From positions 76,744 through 140,743 of the IMG/VR virus record IMGVR_UViG_2908369612_000002: a DNA stretch of 64,000 nucleotides. One strand, written 5' to 3'. The DNA is from a virus (taxonomy: Duplodnaviria > Caudoviricetes). How positions within the stretch are numbered: position 1 is the first letter of the stretch; each line of letters starts with the position of its first letter. Below the pieces are notes generated by a model. It was not told where the DNA came from. It saw only the letters and a program-made list of their open reading frames with translations, and searched no databases. Positions 19,407 to 29,800 of the stretch are shown in pieces. The position numbers and the translations under genes were made by a program.

Positions 19407-20668
19407 TGAGTAGCAGCAAATTCGTAGGCCAACTTAAACAAAACAATATTCAGATCAATAACCTTAGAAATGATTACACTAAAACCGAAAAGCACATGAT
19501 CGACCATGAACAGGCGTTAACTGAAAAAGTGAACGACTTTATGGAACAGCAAAATTTCGAATTAAAACAGCATACCGAAAACAATAACAATCCCCATCAA
19601 GTCACCAAAGCGCAGGTCGGATTGTCTAAAGTTATCAATGAACAACAAGCAACAAAGACTGAATTCAATAAACATGTTGATGACAAGTCCAATCCACATT
19701 CAGTAACAAAAGATCAAGTTGGTTTAGGGAACGTTGATGATATCCAACAAGCAGCTAAAACGGAGTTTGATAATCACGTAAATAATCTCTCTAATCCTCA
19801 TTATGTAACGAAAGAACAAATAGGTTTGGGCAATGTCACTAATGATAAACAAGCATCGTTTAGTCAATTCCAAGCACATGATTCGAATGGCATTCGTCAT
19901 GTGTCTCAGGCTGATAAAGATAAGTGGAACGGCTCACAGCTCTATAAAATAACTCAGGATAACGGACTAGCAAAGTATTTATCTGGTGCAGATTTCAATA
20001 CTGTTACCGATACTGGATTTTATTACATAAGTAGTGCCTCAACAGCATTAAACGCTCCTGTCAATAATAATGGATACTTAATGATATATAACTACGGCAC
20101 ATATGCATATCAAGAATTCACGTCATATAGTAGCAGTGACACATCATCATCAGGTAGAAGAAAGTTTATGAGAAACAAAGTAGCCAGTTCTGATACTTGG
20201 ACAACTTGGCGTGAAATAGAATCAGTGGAAGGCTCACAATCAAAAGTAGATGCTCATGCTAATAGAAATGATAACCCACATAATGTAACTAAAATTCAAA
20301 TTGGACTCAATAATGTTGATAATGTAAAACAAGCATCTTACTCTGAATTCAATAAGGCTACATGGTCAAATATAACATTGCAAAATGGTGCCACAGTTGG
20401 TACCAGAACTCCAATATATTCAAAATGGGGCAGTCTTCTTTTGATGAGAGGTCATGTAGTCACAAATGCTGATGTTATATTTGGTAAAATTCCGTCAACT
20501 GCTGTTCCTATTGGAGGTTCAGTAAACTTAGTACCTATTAGCGGTACTGGAGGAAGTGCAGGATTAATTCTTTATGAAAATGGAGAAATGAAAGTCAAAT
20601 ATCCAACTCCAGCTGACTCAACTAAAGCAACCGGATATTACTTGGATATAGTAATCCCATTACAATAA
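19406..20668 (+). CDS. yomR: Tail fibre protein
   Basis: Four NPHxVTKxQ(V/I)GL repeats; DFNTVTDTGFYY pyocin-knob-like domain. Confidence 0.75.
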   Translation: MSSSKFVGQLKQNNIQINNLRNDYTKTEKHMIDHEQALTEKVNDFMEQQNFELKQHTENNNNPHQVTKAQVGLSKVINEQQATKTEFNKHVDDKSNPHSVTKDQVGLGNVDDIQQAAKTEFDNHVNNLSNPHYVTKEQIGLGNVTNDKQASFSQFQAHDSNGIRHVSQADKDKWNGSQLYKITQDNGLAKYLSGADFNTVTDTGFYYISSASTALNAPVNNNGYLMIYNYGTYAYQEFTSYSSSDTSSSGRRKFMRNKVASSDTWTTWREIESVEGSQSKVDAHANRNDNPHNVTKIQIGLNNVDNVKQASYSEFNKATWSNITLQNGATVGTRTPIYSKWGSLLLMRGHVVTNADVIFGKIPSTAVPIGGSVNLVPISGTGGSAGLILYENGEMKVKYPTPADSTKATGYYLDIVIPLQ

Positions 20669-20679
20669 GGAGGTTATAA

Positions 20680-20970
20680 ATGATTCAAGTCTATAGATAT
20701 GATGAAGATTTCTTATTTGACAAGCCTGTCCTAATTGAAAATCCAAACGAAGAAGGACTCTATATAATTCCAAAGAATTGTACAGAGATTCAACCGCCTT
20801 CGTTTTATAAAGCTAAATTCGATATAAAAAAACAAAAGTGGTTTGAGTCTGCAACTCAGGAATATATAGATAGCTTAAAACCCGAAGCACCAGAACCAAC
20901 TGAAGCAGAGAAAACAAAGCAACAATTGGGCGACCTCACCTTTCAACTTATGATGAGTGGAGTAATTTAA
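20680..20970 (+). CDS. yomQ: Tail fibre assembly chaperone
   Basis: PKNCTEIQPP...KW motif; follows the fibre gene. Confidence 0.65.
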   Translation: MIQVYRYDEDFLFDKPVLIENPNEEGLYIIPKNCTEIQPPSFYKAKFDIKKQKWFESATQEYIDSLKPEAPEPTEAEKTKQQLGDLTFQLMMSGVI

Positions 20971-21128
20971 TGAACTGGTATGAAACAATAAAAGATTATT
21001 ATAACAACGGTAATGGTGTATGGGATGAGTACCGTGTAAAACAAGCAGTTGTCAAAGGAAAAATAACACCTGAAGAATATAAAGAAATTACTGGTAAAGA
21101 ATACATTGAAGACAACACCCAAATATGA
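20970..21128 (+). CDS. XkdX family protein (not in the ORF track)
   Basis: MNWYETIKDYY...VVKGKITPEEYKEITG, the XkdX signature; TAATG overlap. Confidence 0.85.
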   Translation: MNWYETIKDYYNNGNGVWDEYRVKQAVVKGKITPEEYKEITGKEYIEDNTQI

Positions 21129-21141
21129 TAATTTTGTATCT

Positions 21142-21996
21142 ATGAATATATTAAAAAACTTAATAATTGTATTTCTAATCTTCATAGGAGGGTGTTCCAC
21201 CACTTCTCACTCATCTATTAAAGGTTCGGGAAAAACAGAAAATCCTCCTATAGCTAACTACACTCCATTGATTATTGCTCACAGAGGAGCGTCTGATTTA
21301 GAACCAGAACATACCGTATTATCTTACAAACGAGCAATTAAAGACAAGACAGATTTTATCGAAATTGATTTGAGACAAACTAAAGATGGCGAATTAGTCG
21401 CAATACACGATAAGGATGTTGAAAGAACAACTAATGGAAAAGGAAAAGTTCAGGATCTCACTTTGTCTCAATTAAAAAAACTCAATGCTGGTAAAGATCA
21501 AAAAATAATGACAATCGAAGAGATTATAAAAGAATTTGGCCTCTCGACCAATTATTACATTGAAACCAGAGAAGATAATAACGGCAATTTAGTAATGGAA
21601 CAGAAACTTATTGATATACTGAATAAGTATAAACTAATCACTAAACATAAAGTTGTTTTACAGTCTTTTAGCGAAAAGAGTTTAAAAAAGTTACATTCAA
21701 TCAATAAAAATATTCCTCTTATGCGTTTACTAGGTGATGAAGAGGTAGAAAGTTTAACTAGCGACACTTTAAAAAACATCAAAAAATATGCTTATGCAGT
21801 TGGCCCTAACGCTAAATTAGTTGATGAATCATTTGTAAAGAAAGTACATGCAGCAAATCTGAAAATACATGTGTTCTTTGATGCAGAAAATGAGAGAAAA
21901 CTGACCAAAGAAATGCTCGGTTTAAAGGTTGATGGATTGTTTACCAATAACCCCTTTTACACCTTAGACGAGTTGAAGCAACAGAAAACAGGATAA
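21142..21996 (+). CDS. Glycerophosphodiester phosphodiesterase lipoprotein
   Basis: IAHRGAS, EIDLRQTKDG...HD GDPD motifs; lipobox IGGC. Confidence 0.9.
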   Translation: MNILKNLIIVFLIFIGGCSTTSHSSIKGSGKTENPPIANYTPLIIAHRGASDLEPEHTVLSYKRAIKDKTDFIEIDLRQTKDGELVAIHDKDVERTTNGKGKVQDLTLSQLKKLNAGKDQKIMTIEEIIKEFGLSTNYYIETREDNNGNLVMEQKLIDILNKYKLITKHKVVLQSFSEKSLKKLHSINKNIPLMRLLGDEEVESLTSDTLKNIKKYAYAVGPNAKLVDESFVKKVHAANLKIHVFFDAENERKLTKEMLGLKVDGLFTNNPFYTLDELKQQKTG

Positions 21997-22012
21997 AATA
22001 CAAGTTTTATTT

Positions 22013-22044
22013 AGACACCTCTCCCCTTTGAGGTGTCTTTTTTT
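22013..22044 (+). terminator. Intrinsic terminator after GDPD
   Basis: AGACACCTC-loop-GAGGTGTCT followed by a T-run. Confidence 0.8.
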
Positions 22045-22075
22045 AAGATCAGAGGATATATAAGGAGGAAATGAA

Positions 22076-22561
22076 ATGGCATCGAAAAAATTAAATTTAG
22101 CATTGATTGAAGAAAGTGTAAGCAAATACGACAAGAAGGAAAAAGTACAGCTCACTAATGACGTTCATGTTTTTATTTACCCTTACTTCTCCCCTACCCG
22201 ACTAACCAACATGCTTACTGAATTGATTTCAGATCCACAAAAAGCCGAAGAAAAAACCATTGACTTTAAAAGTATAAATCCTGTTCAATGGGGCTTCTTT
22301 TCACTAATTAAGGAATTTACAGACTTAGGCATTCCAAGTGATATCAAAAACAAGGTTAAGTGGTTTGTTAAACTTGTAGACTCTGAATTTTTCCCAATGA
22401 TTATTAGTAGCTTCCCTGAAGAAAGCATGAAGAAATTTGGAGAAGCAACAAAGATGATGCAGGAGAACTTAGACAAACTTTCAAACATGACTTCGGAAGA
22501 AATAAATGATCTCATTCTAAAAAAGGTCGAAGATATTGACAGTGAAAAAGAGACTGAATAA
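22076..22561 (+). CDS. yomO: Phage protein, possible tail assembly chaperone
   Basis: Synteny; RBS AGGAGG. Confidence 0.6.
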   Translation: MASKKLNLALIEESVSKYDKKEKVQLTNDVHVFIYPYFSPTRLTNMLTELISDPQKAEEKTIDFKSINPVQWGFFSLIKEFTDLGIPSDIKNKVKWFVKLVDSEFFPMIISSFPEESMKKFGEATKMMQENLDKLSNMTSEEINDLILKKVEDIDSEKETE

Positions 22562-22977
22562 TGGCTAAGAACATGAAAGAAATAGCAGCAATGATTGAAT
22601 TCGCTGCAAAACAGGCAATTCAAAAAAAATCAAACACAAAGCAGTCAATGATTAAAACGGGTCAGGATCATGTTCAATCTGATGTGTATGACTCCTATGA
22701 CCCGCTCGTGTATGAACGTACAACTCTTTTAAAGAATTCCTTTGTAATTGAAAACCACGCCAATGGAATTTTCTTAGACAACACCCGTGAAGACAGCGGT
22801 AAAGATGTTGCTACTGTCGTAGAGACTGGACAAGGCTATACTTATCCTGATAAATATGGTTACGGTTATGGGAAATCTCGTGCGTTTATGAAGAATACAG
22901 CTGAATCCTTAAAGGATGGACGATTAATTGCCGCTGCGAAAAAAGATTTACATGCAAGTGGTATTAAAACAGAATAA
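22561..22977 (+). CDS. yomN: Phage tail component
   Basis: YDPLVYERT motif; synteny. Confidence 0.6.
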   Translation: MAKNMKEIAAMIEFAAKQAIQKKSNTKQSMIKTGQDHVQSDVYDSYDPLVYERTTLLKNSFVIENHANGIFLDNTREDSGKDVATVVETGQGYTYPDKYGYGYGKSRAFMKNTAESLKDGRLIAAAKKDLHASGIKTE

Positions 22978-22990
22978 CGGTGGTGTATTA

Positions 22991-23997
22991 ATGGCCAAAA
23001 TTAAGAAAAACATGTTACGGGATAGGGCTAAAAAACTCCCAGAAATCACAGACGAAATGTGGCAACACGTAAATGATGAATTAAGGACAATTGTTGATGA
23101 GTTCATTGCTGTTCAAAACTTTAGTCCAGATACAAAAAACAATACCAATCCGGACTAAGACAGTTTGGATATTACGTGTACCAATCAATGAATAATAAAC
23201 CTTTATATAAGCTTACTAAAAGAGATATTCTTCGTTATTTAAGCTACCTTCGTGATAACCGCAAGCTCTCCTCATCTTCGCAAAGCTTTAAAAAAGCTTG
23301 TGTGTCATCCATGTTTAACTACATTGAAAATGTTATTGCTGATGACGAGGATTTCAAAGAGTACCGTAGTTTTAGAAATTTAACTCGAGGGCTCCCTCCT
23401 ATCCCCAAAAACAAAGTCTATGACAAAGTTAAGATAACATTTGACGAATACAAAGAAATGATGGATGTCCTTGAAAAAGATGAAAATTATTTAGGGATGG
23501 CTTGGCTTGCGACAGCTTTTAATGTGGGAGCTAGAAGAAGTGAAATTGTTCAGTTTAAAACTGAAATACTCGACTATCCAATTCCTGAAGGTAAAACCTT
23601 TGTTTATAGTCATAACGTGCGGTTAAAGGGACAAGGTGAGGATGGGAAAGTAGAGCCTTATATGATCAACCTTGAAGCTCTAAAATACATGAAGCTTTGG
23701 GTTGGTCAGAGAGGATATGAATCTGAGTATATATTCTCAACTAAATATGGAGGAGAAGCTAAGCAAGCTTCAAAGTCTTGGGCAGATTACTTTTGTTCAA
23801 ATGTTTTAAGCGATATTCTCCAACGAAGAGTCAACCCACATATATTTAAAGCCTCTTGTGTAACCTATCTTCTTGAAAGTGGAGTGGATTTAAAGCTCGT
23901 TTCAAAATATGTTGCACACCACGAAGATGTATCAACCACTATTGCCCACTATGATCTCAGGGAATTTGAAGAAGAGAAAAATAAGATATTCTCATAA
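22991..23997 (+). CDS. yomM: Tyrosine recombinase-like protein, frameshifted at A6 23134-23139
   Basis: GARRSE, PHIFK, HH...TT...Y motifs; one extra A joins the two ORFs (TKKQYQSGLRQF). Confidence 0.8.
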
Positions 23998-24158
23998 CAC
24001 CCTCTTTCATTCCCAATAAAATCCCTCTTTTATGCAGAATCAAGATTCCTCATCAATCAGGGGGGATTTTGCTTATGTTTAAAAGATGATAATAATGTCC
24101 AAAAATAATATCCTTTTTTAGTGTAAAATTATTAAGACTTTAGAAAAGGAGGATTACT

Positions 24159-24482
24159 ATGGAAATAGAAAAATTAAAAATCCGAGTGCAAGACCAATAT
24201 GAGCGAGATTCATCTTTTGTAGATTATGTTGAAGATTTACTCAAAATGGGAAGCCTTGAGGGGAAAGCTGTAATAGGTATTGGCAAAAAAATAGTTTCAG
24301 AGGGCGTTAAAAGTCTAACTCCTAATCAATTAGACACTTTTATTAAATATGGCTTGTATCCATATAATTATGTAGAAGAATGTACTTGCTGCAGGTCATC
24401 TATACCTTGGGAAGAAATGCTGTTTGCATTGGATGATTCATTATGCTCTATAGGTAGACATAGCTTCGAGAAGAATGATTAA
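24159..24482 (+). CDS. Hypothetical protein with Cys-rich C-terminus
   Basis: RBS AGGAGG; upstream TGTAAAAT -10-like box. Confidence 0.7.
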   Translation: MEIEKLKIRVQDQYERDSSFVDYVEDLLKMGSLEGKAVIGIGKKIVSEGVKSLTPNQLDTFIKYGLYPYNYVEECTCCRSSIPWEEMLFALDDSLCSIGRHSFEKND

Positions 24483-24675
24483 CGCAGGATAACATTCCGT
24501 ATCAGTCATTTTGGTTGCTAAATGAAAAACAAGAGGAGTTAACACTTATTACACTAAAGGGTAACTTAAACTGCACAAGAAAAAGGAAGGTACTCAACAG
24601 GTACCTTTTTTATTTTGAAATATATAGTGAACTACCCAACTTTTTTCTGTAAAATTAATTTAAAGGAGAGTCAGT

Positions 24676-25392
24676 ATGGAAAACTTTGTAGCAATTTTAA
24701 TTTTTACTTTACCAGGGTTATTGAGCTACTTTTGGATACAATTATTCGGATTACATCCAGCAAGCAAACATATAAACTTTGAAATAGCAGCAATAAGTGC
24801 AATTTTATGGTTCCCTGTTGGAATGGTTGTGCTTGGGATTTATCAGTTAGCAGAGATGATTGTTAATACACATTTAATCAGCAATCGATGGTTATATATT
24901 CAAACACTAAGTGATGTTCTTGAATTATCGAATAATCTTGGTTTCCTGGTTTACTTTGTGTTGTTCAGTGTTATTTTCAGTTTTCTTTTCTCTTGGTTAG
25001 TAGCAAGGTTCGGTTACAAGTGGATGATTAAATTGGTGAATGTTGTGAGAAAAGGAAGTGGAACTGCTGAACTTTCAGACACTAGTACGGTATGGAATGA
25101 GACATTTTTGAAGGATGATTCTCAGGTCATTTCATTTAGAAAAATTGACAATCCTAACGAAGTTATTTATGGAATTATAGAAAAAGTGTCCAGACCCGTT
25201 GAATTAGATAGAAATCTGCTACTCTCTGATTCAGAGCACTGGACAAATATTTTAAAAGATAATAAGGATGTCGAAGTAGACAAGATATTCGTTGATACTA
25301 AAACAGGTTTTATTATATCTATTTACAATACAGATGATGCTAAAAAGGCTCAAGAAAAATATAACGCTACATTTGAAAGTGATGCAGATTAG
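24676..25392 (+). CDS. Membrane protein with about 3 TM segments (DUF6338-like)
   Basis: N-terminal LPG motif and hydrophobic helices; RBS AAGGAG. Confidence 0.7.
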   Translation: MENFVAILIFTLPGLLSYFWIQLFGLHPASKHINFEIAAISAILWFPVGMVVLGIYQLAEMIVNTHLISNRWLYIQTLSDVLELSNNLGFLVYFVLFSVIFSFLFSWLVARFGYKWMIKLVNVVRKGSGTAELSDTSTVWNETFLKDDSQVISFRKIDNPNEVIYGIIEKVSRPVELDRNLLLSDSEHWTNILKDNKDVEVDKIFVDTKTGFIISIYNTDDAKKAQEKYNATFESDAD

Positions 25393-25517
25393 TTCTTTCT
25401 TGGTGGTTTTATTGTAATAGACTGTTTATTGGCTGAGTGTTGCTCGTGTTTTGGTATGTTCATTGCATTCTCAGTCGGTCTGTTATCTGGTCTAGTTTCA
25501 GCTGGTCTTTTTTCCAT
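25389..25517 (-). CDS. 42-aa hydrophilic peptide
   Basis: RBS AAGGAGAG before ATG; MEKRPAETRPDNRPTEN... Confidence 0.5.
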   Translation of the reverse strand: MEKRPAETRPDNRPTENAMNIPKHEQHSANKQSITIKPPRKN

Positions 25518-25634
25518 AACAATCTCTCCTTGCTTGATAATAATTCTAATAGTACCACAATTCAGGGAGGTTTTCCCTCCCTTCTCTTTAAAATTTTCCA
25601 TTTGTGTCCGATAATCACTTTGAGGTGATTTGCT

Positions 25635-26057
25635 ATGGATAGTAATACAGTAACAGAACAACTTCTTTCCCTTGATACTAAACAATTCCTTGAATACATT
25701 AAAGATGATTTAGGATATCTGAATAAGACTGAGGAAAGCAGAAGCACAATCCTAAATTCTTTGAGAGAAGTCGATAAGGATTCTTTAATTTTTATTGAAG
25801 CAAGACTAGAGAATCTTCAAAAAAACTATGATCATACTAAACATTTACCTTGGATTTTAGCAGTTTGGAATATTGCTATAGGTGTTTATCAGTCATTGTT
25901 TGACTCATTCCCTCTTATTAATACAATATTTGTAGCTGGGGCAACCCTTGCATTTTGGTGGGCTTATTTTAAAGACAGAAAAAATTTATTGGTTGTGGAT
26001 TATTTGAGTGATTTACTTGAAAAGATCAAAAAGGAAAAAGAAAGGAATGCCTCGTAA
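25635..26057 (+). CDS. Membrane protein with 2 TM segments
   Basis: RBS GAGGTGA; hydrophobic C-terminal half. Confidence 0.7.
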   Translation: MDSNTVTEQLLSLDTKQFLEYIKDDLGYLNKTEESRSTILNSLREVDKDSLIFIEARLENLQKNYDHTKHLPWILAVWNIAIGVYQSLFDSFPLINTIFVAGATLAFWWAYFKDRKNLLVVDYLSDLLEKIKKEKERNAS

Positions 26058-26135
26058 CCACTTATCGCCGTATTCTTGTTCTACGCTTCTGGAAACCATG
26101 ATATAATGTAGGAAAATAATACTGGCGGTGGTCGG

Positions 26136-26762
26136 ATGGATACTATGTACTGGATAATCCTTTTTTTGCTTTGCATTATCCTGCCTATTTCAATAATATG
26201 GTCTATACATGCAACTAATAAAGGAAAAACAATGACTAAAGTAGACGAACAAATTAAAAATGAATTAATTAACTTGGATAAAGAATTTCAAGCAGATAAG
26301 TTTTTTATAAACCCTTTTTCAAATGAAAAAATTGCATTTAACAAGGATAAAAATTTGTTTAAAATCTATACAAAAACTGGAAATAGTTACTCTGAAATCT
26401 CAATTCCTTTTTCTAAAGTTATTGAATCAACAATTATTATTGACGATCAAACAGTAGTCAAAGCTGAAAGAGGAAATCAAATAGCCGGAGCTTTAATCGG
26501 CGGATTAGTCGCTGGTGGAATAGGTGCAATAATAGGCGGGAGTTCTCCTAATGCCATCAATCAGAAAGTTCTTAAAAAAGTTAGGTTAAAAATTGTTAAT
26601 GATGATTTTGATTGCCCTAACTATTATATCGATTTCCTCCCTTTTAATGAAAAAGGATATTCTAATACAGATCAAATAACGATTACTGCAATAAAAGAAG
26701 TAGAGTATTGGCAAAGTATATTTGAATTAGCAATGCGTAAAGCAAACAAAGTCGCTCAATAA
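26136..26762 (+). CDS. Membrane-anchored protein with Gly-zipper
   Basis: N-terminal TM; GALIGGLVAGGIGAIIGG; own TGATATAAT promoter box. Confidence 0.7.
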   Translation: MDTMYWIILFLLCIILPISIIWSIHATNKGKTMTKVDEQIKNELINLDKEFQADKFFINPFSNEKIAFNKDKNLFKIYTKTGNSYSEISIPFSKVIESTIIIDDQTVVKAERGNQIAGALIGGLVAGGIGAIIGGSSPNAINQKVLKKVRLKIVNDDFDCPNYYIDFLPFNEKGYSNTDQITITAIKEVEYWQSIFELAMRKANKVAQ

Positions 26763-26812
26763 CTGGGTGGCTTTTTATTTTCCCCTCATTATTGAAAGGA
26801 TGTGACTAATAC

Positions 26813-29800
26813 TTGAGTCAAAACCTCAAAATTATTTTAACTCCCCAAGCTGACACCTCCTCTTCTACAGTTGAACAGCTTAATAAGCAAATAAAAACTC
26901 TCCAAGGAAAATTAAACGCGCTAAAATTAAACACCAATATTGATTCAGCTACTTTAAAAACACTTAAAGAATTCTCATCTTCAGTTGAAATTTATCAGAA
27001 AAATCTTAAGGCGTATAATCAAACCGTTAGAGAATCCTCTAAAGTTGTCAAAAATGCTGACGGTACCGTTGATAAACTAACACAGCAATATAAGAAAAAT
27101 GGTGAAATACTTCAACGTGAAACTAAGATAATCGATAATCGCAATAAGTCACTAAAAGAACAAACCCAAGAAGTAAACAAGCTTTCCTCAGCTACTGAAA
27201 AACTTGGTCAGGTTCAAAAGAAAACTGAGCAGAAAAATAGCCACGGACAAACAACAAGAGTAATTCAAAAAAATCGCAATGGTTTTGATGATATTACTTA
27301 TGCTACTGATCCTAAAACTAATGTTACTTCTTCCAAGATAACAACAAATTATGATCAACAAAGAAAAGCCTCTGAAGAGTTAAAGACCTCTTTAGAAAGA
27401 TTAAGACAACAAGGAATCGTTTCTGATACAACCTTGTCATCCCTTGGTAGAAAAATTAATTTAGCACAGACTGCACAACAAATCGAAAATTAAAACTAAA
27501 GCTTAAAACCCTTGATGATAAATCTTCTGCAGTTGCTAAAAACAAAGAATTAGAAAGACAAATCCAACTTTATCAACGAGCAGCGCAGCTTAATGCGAAT
27601 AAGTTAAAAAGTACATATGGAAACAACTTAAGTGCTCAAAGTAATCAGCAAATACAGCAATATCTCAATTCAGTTAACCAATTGTCCGCTAAAACTCCAG
27701 CCCTAAGCTCCAAAATTCAAAGCTTAAATATGAAGTTTAGAGAATTATCAGCCTCTATCCAATCATCTACTCAGACAACCACTTCCTTTGGAGAACAACT
27801 TGGGAGTGCATTTAGTCGCATGCCTGCTTATCTAATAAGCGGGTCAATTTTCTACGGAACAATAACTGCATTAAAGAATATTACTCAACAAGCAATTGAA
27901 ATTGATACCTTAATGACTAATATTCGAAGAGTCATGGATTTACCTGATTACAAATTTAATGATTTACTTCAGAATTCAGTTGATTTAGGTGACCAGCTAA
28001 GTAATAAGATTAGTGATATCCTCCAGATAACTGGAGATTTCGGAAAGATGGGCTTTCAAGAAGATGAATTAGGAAATATTACAAAGACTGCACAAGTACT
28101 TCAAAATATTTCTGACTTGAATCCAACTGATACTGTTAATACCCTAACTGCCGCAATGCTGAATTTTAATGTCGCTGCCGGAGATTCAATTTCCATTGCT
28201 GACAAGCTTAATGAAGTTGATAATAACTATGCCGTTTCCACGATGGATTTAGCAAATTCTATTAGGAAAGCTGGAAGTACCGCAAGTACGTTTGGTGTAG
28301 AATTAAATGATTTGATTGGTTATACTACCGCGATTGCTAGTACTACTCGTGAAAGTGGAAACATAGTCGGTAAAGCGATTGCTGACTTTAAATCTCTTCT
28401 GATTGACTTGGAACTCCTAACGTTAAGTCGAGGACAACAAGGGGCAAGCGTAATGGCAGCCTGAACGACTGAGCGAAGAGACACAGAATTGTGAAGCGAC
28501 AGTCTGAACATCTATGGAAACATAGAGAGTGTGGTTGAAGTACCATACCGCCACAATGGTGGTCAGTAGCCTTCAGGGTGAAAGTAACAGAATTGAACTC
28601 GCTCAAAACTATTTTTGCACGTATTGGAAATAATGAGAGCTCGATTAAGGCTCTTGACCAAATTGGTATCTCAGTTAAAACATCTGCTGGCGAGGCAAAG
28701 ACTTCAAGTGATTTGATTGGCGAAGTTGCTGAAAAATGGGACACCTTATCAGATGCACAGAAACAGAACACTTCAATTGGTGTTGCTGGAATTTATCAAT
28801 TGTCCAGATTTAACGCCATGCTTAATAACTATTCCATTTATCAGGATGCAGCAAACACTGCTGCAAATTCAATGGGTTCAGCTTGGAAAGAGCAAGAGAA
28901 GTACGCAGATAGTTTGCAAGCTCGCATAAATAGACTTCAAAATACGGTTACTGAATTCTCAATTGCTGCAAGTGATGCTTTTATTAGCGATGGATTAATT
29001 GCTTCTACTGAAGCTTTAGGTAAACTAATGGGAGTGCTTACTAGCACAGTTAATAATATCGGTTTCCTTGCTCCAGCATTCGCAACTGCAACAGCTGCCA
29101 CTCTACTATTCTCAACTGCACTCCGCACCACTTCAATGGGCAACGGTGCCAAAATTATTGACTTACTAAGAACATTACCAATTCAGTTGCAAGGATATTC
29201 AGCTAAAACAGCGGTTGCCACTACAGCCACTAGAGTATTATCTTTGTCTTTTGCAACACTTGGAAAGGCTGCTAAAGCGACTGGGGCATTTTTAGCAGGT
29301 TCGTTCCTCCCTCTTGCTGCATTTGCCGCACTTGGATTTGCCATTGAAAAAATTGTTACAGCTTATTCAGATGCTAAAAAAGCTCAAGAAGATTTTGAAA
29401 CTGCTCAAAAAACAAGCATCGAGGCTTGGACAACAAATAAAGAAGCAACTAAAGATTTGATTAATAAGTACAAAGAGCTAAACAAAGCTAAAGAAGCTAA
29501 CCAATTAGCACCTGATCAAGAACAAGAATATCTTTCTGTAACACAACAATTAGCTGCCACCTTCCCTAACGTAGTAGCAGGATACGATGCGCAAGGGAAT
29601 GCTATCATTAAAAATAATGCAGCACTCAAAGAAGCAATTGCGTACACAGAACAAATGGCAAATTTCAACAAAAGGGATATTAAAGATAATGCAACAAGCA
29701 ACTTCTCAGACCAATTAGATAAGCTTAATAAGTTAAACAAAGAAATGGAAACCAATCAACAGCTATCTGATAAAATGAAAGAAGGCTCAAGTTGGTTAAC

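Noticed and set aside
19560-20330. DNA repeats in yomR as DGR or shufflon sites
   Set aside because: Explained by NPHxVTK protein repeats; no reverse transcriptase or inverted crossover sites seen
22991-23997. yomM as the prophage integrase
   Set aside because: It sits mid late operon as in SPbeta, far from att; SPbeta integrates through a separate serine recombinase
27480-27495. Programmed frameshift in the tape measure gene
   Set aside because: No clear X XXY YYZ slippery site or downstream stimulatory structure seen; same pattern as the other homopolymer deletions
28578-28595. GTG start of a separate 1776-aa protein
   Set aside because: Lies inside the intron; spliced continuity explains the frame
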